Shown here: piece after piece, positions 1 to 9,260 of the stretch
Layout: each line of letters starts with the position of its first letter
Position numbering within the stretch: the stretch's first letter is position 1
Assembly (NCBI GenBank): GCA_963770835.1
Contig: CAVYRH010000026.1
Span: 819,102-883,101, forward strand
Direction: 5' to 3'
Length of the DNA stretch: 64,000 nt
Source: an uncultured Pseudomonadota bacterium
GTDB taxonomy: Bacteria > Oederibacteriota > Muellerivitia > Muellerivitales > Muellerivitaceae
Position numbers and translations under genes: made by a program
Notes under the pieces: model-generated
What the model was told of the DNA's origin: nothing
Database searches by the model: none
The model's input: only the letters and a program-made list of their open reading frames with translations

Positions 1-1
1 C

Positions 2-931
2 AAAAATAAGGATTATGAGAATTGGGAAAAAATTATGACACCTGATCTTTCGACTGAAAATCTGGGCAAACCTCTTCAACGTCCTCGGCCGGGACACGCG
101 GATTTATCGGGGGGACTTAAATATAACCAAAGAGATTTGAGAAATATATTGGAACGGGCCAGTGCGCGTGAAACAACAGTAAGGGTGGCGGCCGGGGCTG
201 TCGCCAAAAAATTTCTGAAAAATTTCGGTATTTTGGTTCAAAGTCATGTTCGTCAACTCGGATCAATAAAATCTGATCCTTCGAATTTTCCCGACAATAA
301 AATCAATGAAAGGGCTGATGAGTCATTAGTGCGGATGATTGAAAAAAAACAAGAAAAGAAAGCTATTAAACTTATTGATGCGGCCAAGAAAAACGGGGAT
401 ACCTTGGGAGGAATATTCGAGGTGATTTTAACGGGAGTTCCGCCGGGGCTTGGGAGTCACGTTCAATGGGACAGAAAATTAGATGGTAGGTTGGCCCAGG
501 CTTTGTTGAGCATGCAAGCGGTAAAGGGGATTGAAATCGGTGAAGGTTTTAAAAATGCCTCATTGTACGGTTCGCAAGTACACGATGAGATTTTCTATTC
601 GAAGGGAAGAGGTTTTCACCATTTGACTAATCGAGCAGGTGGGATTGAGGGTGGCATGAGCAATGGGGAACCAATTGTTGTGAGAATTGCCAAGAAGCCC
701 ATTTCGACCCTTCGAAAGCCACTTCGTTCCGTTGATATTGAAACCAAACATGAAATAAAGGCGGCGTACGAACGCTCCGATGTTTGTGCTTTGCCTGCCG
801 CTTCTGTTATTGGGGAAGCACTTTGCGCGTGGGTGGTGGCAGACGCGTTCTTAGAAAAAATGGGAGGGGATTTTATGGCCGAAATCACTCAAAGGTTCAA
901 ACTTTATTCAAAACACGTAAAGAAATTCTAA
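2..931 (+). CDS. aroC: Chorismate synthase, 5'-truncated by window edge
   Basis: RPGHADL, ERASARETT, NRAGGIEGGMSNG and RSDVC motifs; frame open from base 2. Confidence 0.97.
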   Translation, partial: KNKDYENWEKIMTPDLSTENLGKPLQRPRPGHADLSGGLKYNQRDLRNILERASARETTVRVAAGAVAKKFLKNFGILVQSHVRQLGSIKSDPSNFPDNKINERADESLVRMIEKKQEKKAIKLIDAAKKNGDTLGGIFEVILTGVPPGLGSHVQWDRKLDGRLAQALLSMQAVKGIEIGEGFKNASLYGSQVHDEIFYSKGRGFHHLTNRAGGIEGGMSNGEPIVVRIAKKPISTLRKPLRSVDIETKHEIKAAYERSDVCALPAASVIGEALCAWVVADAFLEKMGGDFMAEITQRFKLYSKHVKKF

Positions 932-939
932 TTCAGCTT

Positions 940-1485
940 ATGTCATTTACTTCTAATATTATACTTGTCGGATTTATGGGCGCCGGTAAAACGGAGACAG
1001 GAAAAGTAATTTCGGAGATTCTTGATCTTCGTTTTTGGGATATGGACGGATGGATTGAAAAAAAAAACAAAGAGACAATACCCAGAATTTTTCAAAAGAG
1101 AGGGGAAGTTTATTTTCGCCGACAGGAAGATAAGGCGATTTCGTGGTTAAGCCGTCAAAAAAAGTATATTGCGTCTACCGGTGGAGGTGCTTGGCTACAA
1201 GAGAAAAACAGAAAAAAACTTTTGAAAACCGGGTGGTGCATATGGCTAAAGGTTTCCGCGAAAGACGTTTGGCAAAGAGTTGGCAGCCATTTGGAACAGC
1301 GCCCCCTTTTGTCAACGTCGAAAAATCCGAAACAAAAGATAAAAATTTTACTAAGAAAAAGGAATCCATATTACGCCTTAGCTCATGCCAGTTTTGACAC
1401 AAGTGGGAAAAGTCCCCGGCAAGTCGCCATGGAAATAATAAAGATTTTTAAAGGAAAAAAACCTTTTAATGTATCCTCACGGTAA
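940..1485 (+). CDS. aroK: Shikimate kinase
   Basis: IILVGFMGAGKT Walker A, STGGG and RPLL motifs; ATG at 940 just after the aroC stop. Confidence 0.95.
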   Translation: MSFTSNIILVGFMGAGKTETGKVISEILDLRFWDMDGWIEKKNKETIPRIFQKRGEVYFRRQEDKAISWLSRQKKYIASTGGGAWLQEKNRKKLLKTGWCIWLKVSAKDVWQRVGSHLEQRPLLSTSKNPKQKIKILLRKRNPYYALAHASFDTSGKSPRQVAMEIIKIFKGKKPFNVSSR

Positions 1486-1726
1486 AAATATTTTCAATGT
1501 TACTTTTATATTTCTTGATAAAAGTTTTGTCATCAAAAATCCAATTTTTTTCAACTGGTTGAAAAAACATTAAATGACCGAAATCTATTAGAAACACCTT
1601 CAGGCAGATCATCCCTGAAAGACGTTCTGCTATTACAGCGCAGTCTTTCTGATGATCTGTATTTGTGATTCTGCTTTTATTACTTTGAAACTGTATACTC
1701 AAAGCAAAACAACGGAAAGGGAAACA

Positions 1727-2833
1727 GTGGTCCGTCAAGTAAAAGTCAAATTAGGTCCAAGAAGCTATCCTGTTTTCATCCAAAATGGCCTTTTGAAAAA
1801 ATTTGAGTTTTATTTTCAAAAAGTAACATCTGCTAAGCGCGTTGCCATCCTTTCCACGATTCCAATTTACAAAGCCTATGGAGTGCGTCTTCTTAAAAGT
1901 TTGAAAAAAATTAATTTACGACCTCATATTATTTTTATTTCAGATGGGGAAAAGCAAAAAAACGAACAATCTTTATTTCGCGTATTGCAAACTCTGGCTC
2001 TTCATGGCTTTCAACGAAATGATTGTTTGGTAACATTGGGTGGCGGTGTTGTTGGGGATTTGGGGGGGTTGGCGGCCTCTTTGTATATGCGCGGGATTGA
2101 TTTCGTTCAATGTCCCACAACTCTTTTGGCACAAGTGGATGCAAGTATTGGAGGTAAGACGGCGATTGATTTTTCCGGAATCAAAAATCTGGTTGGAGCT
2201 TTTTATCAACCTAAATGTGTTTTGATCGATCCGGGGGTACTTCAAACCCTAAATGACCGCCAATTCAAGACGGGATTAGCCGAGGTGATTAAATATGGAG
2301 TTATCTGTGACGCCAACATGTTCGAGGATTTCGAAAATTACCCCAAATTAATTTTGAAAAGAGAACCGAAAATTCTTTTACGTTTGATTTCGAGGTCCTG
2401 CGAAATAAAAGCCGAAATCGTTTCGCGAGATGAGCGCGAAGAAGGGAAGAGAGCCTGGTTGAATTACGGACATACTTTGGGACACGCTTTGGAAGCTTAT
2501 TACCGGTATGAGGTTTTAACCCATGGGGAGGCAATCGCTTATGGGATGTGGTTTGCTTCCTTGCTTTCCAGGCGACTTCGCTTGTGCTCCGAAGATGTTC
2601 TTCAACGCCAGCGGGGTGTATTGGATAGAATGGGCTTGTTCCGAAAATTACCAAAGTTTCATCCACTGGAGATTTATCGAAAGATGCTTTTGGACAAAAA
2701 AGCCCGGAGCGGACAAGCCCAATTTATATTGACAAGAAAAATAGGTCTTGTTAGTATTCAAAAAAATATTCCCCGACCCATCATTCTTTCGGCTTTAGCT
2801 CAACTCCAAGCCGAAGCAAGTAACCGGCGTTAA
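1727..2833 (+). CDS. aroB: 3-dehydroquinate synthase
   Basis: GGGVVGDLGG, PTTLLAQVDASIGGKT, LNYGHTLGHA, HGEA; GTG start at 1727 after GGAAAGGG. Confidence 0.97.
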   Translation: MVRQVKVKLGPRSYPVFIQNGLLKKFEFYFQKVTSAKRVAILSTIPIYKAYGVRLLKSLKKINLRPHIIFISDGEKQKNEQSLFRVLQTLALHGFQRNDCLVTLGGGVVGDLGGLAASLYMRGIDFVQCPTTLLAQVDASIGGKTAIDFSGIKNLVGAFYQPKCVLIDPGVLQTLNDRQFKTGLAEVIKYGVICDANMFEDFENYPKLILKREPKILLRLISRSCEIKAEIVSRDEREEGKRAWLNYGHTLGHALEAYYRYEVLTHGEAIAYGMWFASLLSRRLRLCSEDVLQRQRGVLDRMGLFRKLPKFHPLEIYRKMLLDKKARSGQAQFILTRKIGLVSIQKNIPRPIILSALAQLQAEASNRR

Positions 2834-2840
2834 GTCTGAA

Positions 2841-4130
2841 ATGAAGGATCCCGTTACGTCCGAAATCACCGAGCTTAAGAAAAAGTTAGAAGAAAACCCG
2901 GATTCCCTTGTTTTTGCACCCCTTGCGGATGCCTACCGCAAGCAAGGAAACTTGGAGGAAGCTTTCAATCTTTGCAAGAAGGGTTTGGAAAAACATCCTA
3001 ATAATGCCAGTGCGCGTGTTGTCCTTGGTCGTGTTTATCATGGGCAAGGAAAAGTTCAAGAGGCTGCCGTCGAATTGAAGAGGGTTCTAGAATTAGATCC
3101 TGAAAACTTAATGGCCCACTCACTCTTGGGCTCAATTTTCATGGAAAAGGGCGATCACCAGGCGGCCATCGAAGAATATCAAAAAATACTAACCCTCAAT
3201 CCAGACGATGACGAAACCCAAACGGCTTTGAAACAAGCAATTGAAAAGGCCGCGGGGGAACAAAAAAGCGATTCAGTGGTAAAAAAAGACAAGACTCTTC
3301 ATGAAAAAAAAACCTTTACCAAGGACAGCACGGCGACTTTAACTGTTGCTGAACTTTATCTGAAGCAGGGACATTATGACAGAGCGATGGAGGTATTCCA
3401 GGAACTTCTTGCTCATGATCCACAAAACTTAATGTTGCGACAGAAGTTAGCCGAAGTCGTTGATCGTCAACAAAAAGAGTTTGTTGTCGATTCTGCCGTC
3501 TCAAAACTCAAGAAAAACGAGTTTATCAAACCACCTGATCAAAAAGAAGACATCCTGGAAGAGGCCCGCAGCGATGTCAAGGGTCAAGGAAAATCTAAGA
3601 AGGAAGACGATTCCAAATTCACCAACGACGATATTCTTCAAGTTATGCGTCGGGGGGGAAAAGATGATGTGGTGGTTGAAGAGAAAAAGAAACAACAAAT
3701 GCCCCTCGCTGTCAGCCCTTTGTCAGATTCCAAAGTGCCTGTTTCGGAAAAAAAGACGGATTCTTCATTACAACTTTCTCAAATAAACGAGCTTAAAGGG
3801 GTCTTGGCCGAACTAAGTTCCGTAGAGGGAATCATAAGGTGCTTCGTTACGGGAAACGACGGAATTACCATTGTTTCCATGGGAGAAACCAGTAATAATG
3901 CTGTTTTGGGTAAGCAGGCATCAGCCATCTTTGAGAGTACCAACCGTTCAGTAGCGCAACTAAACCAAGGAAAAATGCAACAAGTTTTGGTCACGGCTGA
4001 GTCCGGCCACATTTTATTAGTTTCTTTTGCCGACTATGTTTTGGTGGTTTTAGCCAATAGTAAAATTAATTTAGGCCTTTTAAGACTGGCTTTAGAATCA
4101 GCCACCAGGAAATTGGACAGAATTTTATAG
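2841..4130 (+). CDS. TPR-repeat protein with C-terminal roadblock/LC7-like domain
   Basis: N-terminal TPRs (FAPLADAYRKQG, ARVVLGRVY), TLTVAELYLKQGHY motif, C-terminal ...KINLGLLRLAL roadblock-type segment. Confidence 0.8.
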   Translation: MKDPVTSEITELKKKLEENPDSLVFAPLADAYRKQGNLEEAFNLCKKGLEKHPNNASARVVLGRVYHGQGKVQEAAVELKRVLELDPENLMAHSLLGSIFMEKGDHQAAIEEYQKILTLNPDDDETQTALKQAIEKAAGEQKSDSVVKKDKTLHEKKTFTKDSTATLTVAELYLKQGHYDRAMEVFQELLAHDPQNLMLRQKLAEVVDRQQKEFVVDSAVSKLKKNEFIKPPDQKEDILEEARSDVKGQGKSKKEDDSKFTNDDILQVMRRGGKDDVVVEEKKKQQMPLAVSPLSDSKVPVSEKKTDSSLQLSQINELKGVLAELSSVEGIIRCFVTGNDGITIVSMGETSNNAVLGKQASAIFESTNRSVAQLNQGKMQQVLVTAESGHILLVSFADYVLVVLANSKINLGLLRLALESATRKLDRIL

Positions 4131-4203
4131 TTTTCGAACAAAAAAAAAATTATATTGTCCTGCCTTAAAGGTTTTCAAATGCCCATAAATCGGATTTAAA
4201 CCC

Positions 4204-4563
4204 ATGGACTTTAAAAAAATATTAGAGGAAACTCTTTCCAACGTCGAGGGGGCCATCGGGGCCGGATTGGTTGGCATGGACGGCATCGTGATCGATCAAA
4301 TTTCCCATAATTCATCATTTGATATTAATGCTGTTGGAGCGGAGTATTCCAGTATCATTAAAAACGCAATGCGGGCCTCGTCCAATTTCGGCCTTGGAAA
4401 TACCGCCGAAATTTTAATCACCACGGATAAGGCCACAATGATCATGATGATGGTTGGACTAAATTATTTTGTAACATTGGCCATCAATTTGGATGGAAAT
4501 TTAGGAAGGGGTCGTTTGGAGCTTAAAAAAGCCATCCCGAAATTCGAGAAAGAGCTGACTTAG
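4204..4563 (+). CDS. Roadblock/LC7 (MglB/MglC-like) protein
   Basis: VEGAIGAGLVGMDGI ... GNLGRGRLEL pattern, 119 aa. Confidence 0.85.
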   Translation: MDFKKILEETLSNVEGAIGAGLVGMDGIVIDQISHNSSFDINAVGAEYSSIIKNAMRASSNFGLGNTAEILITTDKATMIMMMVGLNYFVTLAINLDGNLGRGRLELKKAIPKFEKELT

Positions 4564-4567
4564 ATCT

Positions 4568-5413
4568 TTGATTCCAAAATCCAAAACGCCTTCGGCTGAT
4601 TCTTCTTTGAATGTAATATTTTATTCCCACTGGCCTGAAATTTTCCGATCATGGTTTTGGCGTTTCTACGACCACCTTTTTCGACTTGTCTTTTATAACT
4701 TCGCTTGGGTGCTTTCTTGTTATTGCATTGGATGGATCTGGGTCCATTTCAAATGGGTTGAAATCTCGAAAGAAATTAATCTTTCTCAGCTTTTCCAGGT
4801 TTATTTTTTATATCTCGTGGAAAGTGCATTTTCAATTGGCTGGGCTCATTTAGTGTTTAAAATATTTATCGATGGCCAAGGTGGATTCGCAGACTTTTGG
4901 ATCGGTACCAAGAAATATTTATTAAAAGCCATTGGTGTTTCAGCTGTTTCGGGTTTACTGGTTTGTTTGGGGCTTTACAATCTTTATTTCTATTTTTTGC
5001 TCGTCAATGAAAATCGTTCATTAGCGATCTTTTTAGGGGCTTTTACTCTCTGGATATTGCTTTCCTGGTTGTCCACCTGTCTTTATCAATGGCCAATTCT
5101 CTTTTTCCAAAACCCCCCATTTCTTAAAATTTATTATAAGGCGTTCCTGTTGGCCTTGGGAAATGGCTTGGTTTCACTCGGAATTCTCTTTTTTTTTGTT
5201 ATTTGTTTCGGATTTTTTTTGATAGTACCATTTATGCTATTTTTCATTGGGTTCGTCTTTTTCTTTTCCTTCCAATGCGTCGCGCTTGAAAAGAACTTAT
5301 TAAAGTATAAAATAACCTACGGCGACAAAGAACTAGAGCCGTTCTTGGAATACTTGGAGGCCGAACGTCAAAGAAGCTGGCGCGAACTTCTGAAGCCTTG
5401 GGGGAATCGATGA
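4568..5413 (+). CDS. Multi-pass membrane protein (YesL/DUF624-like)
   Basis: Several hydrophobic segments; basic RSWRELLKPW tail. Confidence 0.6.
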   Translation: MIPKSKTPSADSSLNVIFYSHWPEIFRSWFWRFYDHLFRLVFYNFAWVLSCYCIGWIWVHFKWVEISKEINLSQLFQVYFLYLVESAFSIGWAHLVFKIFIDGQGGFADFWIGTKKYLLKAIGVSAVSGLLVCLGLYNLYFYFLLVNENRSLAIFLGAFTLWILLSWLSTCLYQWPILFFQNPPFLKIYYKAFLLALGNGLVSLGILFFFVICFGFFLIVPFMLFFIGFVFFFSFQCVALEKNLLKYKITYGDKELEPFLEYLEAERQRSWRELLKPWGNR

Positions 5414-5694
5414 AGAAGCGGATAAATTGGGTGACAGCAGTAACTGGCGCAGCGCTTCTTTACCTTATTCTCAGTGGTAATCGTGGTTTATGGAATCTTT
5501 ACAAGCTTCATCAAGAAAAACAAAACTTGTCGGGGCAAGTGGAACAGTTAAAATCCGAGATCGGCCGGTATCAGGTTGAGTATCAAGATTTCCAAAGAAA
5601 TCCTTCCGTGCTAGAAAAACAGGCTCGTGAAGAGTTGAATCTTGTGAAACCAGGCGAAGTCGTCTACAAATTCACGAAAGCCGACCATCCTTGA
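5410..5694 (+). CDS. ftsB: Septum formation initiator FtsB/DivIC family
   Basis: Single TM, coiled coil, EKQAREELNLVKPGEVVY motif. Confidence 0.88.
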   Translation: MKKRINWVTAVTGAALLYLILSGNRGLWNLYKLHQEKQNLSGQVEQLKSEIGRYQVEYQDFQRNPSVLEKQAREELNLVKPGEVVYKFTKADHP

Positions 5695-5871
5695 GAACCG
5701 GTTACTGATTCGTCATTGACTTCCCTCGTCTGGCTCGTTATTCTATTTTTCTTTTTGAGCCATCCGGTAAACTCTGACTGACGGACATCTTAACTTAAGT
5801 AAGACTATTCTCAGTTTGGGTTTTATGCCATCATTTGGCTTTTTCCATCACGATGGTATACAGGGTTTTTC

Positions 5872-5959
5872 GCCGAGATGGCGGAACTGGCAGACGCAAG
5901 GGACTTAAAATCCCTCGGGCCTAAAGCCCGTCCCGGTTCGATTCCGGGTCTCGGCACCA
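5872..5959 (+). tRNA. tRNA-Leu(TAA)
   Basis: GCCGAGA acceptor stem, AGGGA-CT-TAA-AA-TCCCT anticodon arm, long variable arm, GGTTCGATTCC, encoded CCA. Confidence 0.97.
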
Positions 5960-6067
5960 ACTTTCGCTCTCTGGTCGTTTCAAAGGAAAAGTAATTTTTG
6001 CGATATTGCTTTTTTCTGTTTAGAAAGATGTTTGAGTTTTAAGGCGTTGATTGATACGCCAAATAGA

Positions 6068-6144
<77 letters not shown>

Positions 6145-6148
6145 ACCT

Positions 6149-6187
6149 AAGAAGCCGTACCTAACTGGTACGGCTTCTTTATTTTTA
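6149..6187 (+). terminator. Intrinsic terminator after tRNA-fMet
   Basis: AAGAAGCCGTACC-TAACT-GGTACGGCTTCTT followed by T-rich tract. Confidence 0.85.
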
Positions 6188-6362
6188 TAAATCAAATCAA
6201 AATATCCAGATGCCTAAGAGCTTAAAAGAAGTTCAAAGATGCATGACCTTAGGGTGGAACGGTAATTTTAAAAACTTAAAAACTCCCTCGGAATATTTTG
6301 GAAACGCATGGATTTTGATTTTCAAACTGGGTTTTATAACAAAACTTTGATTTGAGGTTTCC

Positions 6363-6596
6363 TTGGAAACGATTTATCTTCGAATTGAAAAAAAGAATCG
6401 AGGTGGAAAAACCGTTACAATTTTAGAGGGATTTACCCGTCGCCAAGAGGAAATCAAGGAATTGGCCCGAAGGATCAAATCCAACATAGGAGCTGGTGGA
6501 ACGGTAAAAAACGGTTGTATTGAAATCCAAGGGGATTTTCGAAAGCAAATATCGGTTATGCTCCAAGAGTTAGGGCTTCTGATCAAAGGTTATTAA
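6363..6596 (+). CDS. yciH: SUI1/YciH translation initiation factor family
   Basis: RGGKTVT, GAGGTVKNG, IEIQGD motifs. Confidence 0.9.
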   Translation: METIYLRIEKKNRGGKTVTILEGFTRRQEEIKELARRIKSNIGAGGTVKNGCIEIQGDFRKQISVMLQELGLLIKGY

Positions 6597-6632
6597 TTAA
6601 GAGGTTCTCAAGATCTCGCTTGGGAGAGTCGC

Positions 6633-7430
6633 TTGCGCGTATTCGCCTCTATCTCACCCTGGCTTCCTTTATTGAAAGATTATCTTACATCCTTGGTTGT
6701 GTTAGAAGAAAAAGCTGCCGAACTTTATCATCTTTCGCTTTTGGAAAAACCTTCAATTTCGCACAGGTTGAAAGAAACGGTTCTGGGAGTGTGGAAGGAT
6801 GGGAAGTCATCCAGGCCTCTGCATGATCACTTGATCCGTCATGGATTCCAGAGGCGTTCCGTTATAATTAGCGACGTGATTGGTTCTTCCAACGGTTATT
6901 TTCGAGAAGATCTAGGAATTATCCGGTTTATTTGCCCCCAAACCCGCCAAAACCAAAAACCAGTTAACCAAGGCTTGTCAGCTATGCCTGACAAAAAGGC
7001 AGTTTTGTTGTTGGAAAATCCCCATTTTGTGGATGTCTCCTATCTTGGAATAAATTACGAGGTATTTATTCCCCAGGTTGGTCGATTTATTTTAGGTAAA
7101 GGGTTAGAGCTAAAAACTGGACGGTTCTTGAACGCCAACAAGGTTTACGAGTCCGCCCAAAATTTATTGATGATTTTAGATTTATTGGCAACTCACGAAG
7201 ACTTGCAAGAGGAGGCCCTTAATGATTTTTTGGAAATCCGCCCCCCTGTTCTTGTCAAGGAATTGCTTCAACTTCTCAAACGGAATGGCCCGGGTTCAAT
7301 TTTATGGGACTCGGCCCAAAGGTTTTATCTGGAGAGGTATCCCGGCTCGAAAATTGTCACCTTGACGAAATGGTATTGGGAATTTTTGCCTCGCGCGGCC
7401 AGGTTTCTTGAAAAACAAAAAATTCCTTGA
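6633..7430 (+). CDS. Hypothetical protein
   Basis: 265-aa ORF co-oriented with neighbours; no motif recognised. Confidence 0.55.
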   Translation: MRVFASISPWLPLLKDYLTSLVVLEEKAAELYHLSLLEKPSISHRLKETVLGVWKDGKSSRPLHDHLIRHGFQRRSVIISDVIGSSNGYFREDLGIIRFICPQTRQNQKPVNQGLSAMPDKKAVLLLENPHFVDVSYLGINYEVFIPQVGRFILGKGLELKTGRFLNANKVYESAQNLLMILDLLATHEDLQEEALNDFLEIRPPVLVKELLQLLKRNGPGSILWDSAQRFYLERYPGSKIVTLTKWYWEFLPRAARFLEKQKIP

Positions 7431-7471
7431 CCTAAGGTGTGAAGATGTCTTTCAGTTGATAAAATGATCTT

Positions 7472-8227
7472 ATGAACCCAATGTTCCGAGAATCACACTT
7501 TAAATCACCGCCGGTTGCCCTGATCACCGGCGCGGCGAGTACCTTGGGCGCTGCCATCAGCCGAAAATTAGCACAAAAGGGATTTTGTTTAGCACTGCAT
7601 TATGGGAAATCCCGTGGAAAAGTTCTCCGAATTCAAAAAGAGTTATCCTCTGTGGGTGTCGAAAGTCTCCTGGTGCAAGCCGATTTGTCCAGGCCTACCC
7701 GAGTTGGGCCGATGCTCCACCGTCTTGTCCGACAATGGGGGCGGTTAGACCTTGTCGTGAACAATGCCTCCCTTTTTAAGCCAACCCCCATTATGAAAAG
7801 TGACTGGAAAAATTGGACGAAGTTGTTGAATATTAATTCACTCTCTCCTTACGCCTTGGCCGTGGCCGCCAGGCCTTGGCTAAAAGTAACCAGGGGAAGC
7901 ATCGTAAATATCTGCGATATTTATGGAGAATTGCCAGTTCTTAAGGATTATGCGGCTTATAGCGCCTCCAAGGCGGCACTTCTTTTTATCACTAAATATT
8001 TAGCAGTGGAATTCGCCCCCGCGATAAGGGTTAACGCAGTTTCGCCGGGAGTCATATCGTTCCCGAAAGGATACGGCGATCGTAAAAGGCGAAAACTGAT
8101 TCAACGGTCGTCTTTAAAGAGACAGGGCACACCGGCGGAAATAGCGGAAGCAGTTTGGTTTCTGGCGTCCAACCAGTTTATTACTGGCCAAGTTTTAAAA
8201 GTGGACGGTGGCCGCACTATTTCCTAA
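7472..8227 (+). CDS. SDR oxidoreductase, pteridine reductase/FolM-like
   Basis: ALITGAA, VNNAS, YSASK, IRVNAVSPG, VDGG; adjacent to folB-folK. Confidence 0.8.
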   Translation: MNPMFRESHFKSPPVALITGAASTLGAAISRKLAQKGFCLALHYGKSRGKVLRIQKELSSVGVESLLVQADLSRPTRVGPMLHRLVRQWGRLDLVVNNASLFKPTPIMKSDWKNWTKLLNINSLSPYALAVAARPWLKVTRGSIVNICDIYGELPVLKDYAAYSASKAALLFITKYLAVEFAPAIRVNAVSPGVISFPKGYGDRKRRKLIQRSSLKRQGTPAEIAEAVWFLASNQFITGQVLKVDGGRTIS

Positions 8228-9114
8228 AGCTTCTGAGGATGGAAGTCCTTGAAGATATTTTCTGGCAATTGGCGGATTTCTTGCGCCAGATCCTTAAATC
8301 GTGCGGCCAATTCGATTATGGGCTTTCCCAGAGCGGGGTGGACAAGGTTGGGACCAATTTCCAGGAGCGGGAAAAGCACAAAGGCTTTTATCTCGATATC
8401 AGGATGAGGCAGCGAAAAGTATTTGTTTTTTTCAATGTGGTCACCCCAAAGCAGAAGATCGATATCCAGCGTACGGGGCCCGGAAGCGTTTGAAGAGTGG
8501 CGACGGCCTGCCTTTTTTTCCAGAGTTCTGACCCAGGTTCGGATAACTTTTGGAAAATCTTCGCCTTCGACCGCAACAACCAGATTCCAAAAGGGAGCCT
8601 GCTTAGAATGCCCTACCGGAGACGTCTCGTAAACGTGCGAAAGACCTACGATCGGATATTTTTTTCGGATTTCGTACAAGGCGGTTTCAAGGTTTTGTTT
8701 AGGGTTAATATTGGAGCCGAGGCTAAAAAGAATCTTTTTTGCCAATCCTATATTGCTGGAGACCCGTTTGATCCGGATGCCGACGTTTTGGGATCCCCGG
8801 ATAGCCCCGGGTTTGGAAATGGACACATCGATTTCAGACAAAGGAAAGTTCTCGAGAAGGAGGCTGGCCAACTGTTCCGCTAAGGTTTCAATCAACTGGA
8901 ACCTGCTTTTTTCCACGAAGGCGATAGTGGCTTTGGCTATTTTTTTATAATCCACCGTATCATTGATGAAATCCCTTTGGGACGCCCTTCGGATATCACA
9001 AGGAAACCTCAGATCGATGATGACGTTCTGTTTCCTTTTCCGTTCCCATTCAAAAATACCAATGATGCAAGGAATCTTTAAACCAGTTAGGAAAATATAA
9101 TCATTGGATGTCAA
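8224..9114 (-). CDS. folBK: Fused dihydroneopterin aldolase / HPPK (FolB-FolK)
   Basis: N-terminal IGIFEWER...TVDY...LIETLAE...KPGA; C-terminal SLGSNI, YETSP, GPRTLDIDLL, LPHP. Confidence 0.93.
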   Translation of the reverse strand: MTSNDYIFLTGLKIPCIIGIFEWERKRKQNVIIDLRFPCDIRRASQRDFINDTVDYKKIAKATIAFVEKSRFQLIETLAEQLASLLLENFPLSEIDVSISKPGAIRGSQNVGIRIKRVSSNIGLAKKILFSLGSNINPKQNLETALYEIRKKYPIVGLSHVYETSPVGHSKQAPFWNLVVAVEGEDFPKVIRTWVRTLEKKAGRRHSSNASGPRTLDIDLLLWGDHIEKNKYFSLPHPDIEIKAFVLFPLLEIGPNLVHPALGKPIIELAARFKDLAQEIRQLPENIFKDFHPQKL

Positions 9115-9260
9115 ACCTGTGCCCCTTTAAAAATAATGAATAGCGTGATTTTATTGGAAAAACAGCTGAAACGTACTGCTATTTTAACTTCCTCTTTCGA
9201 TTGAGACCGGTTCGATAAATACCAGTTGACGCTTTATTCTCCTTTTGTTTCCATGGCTTT

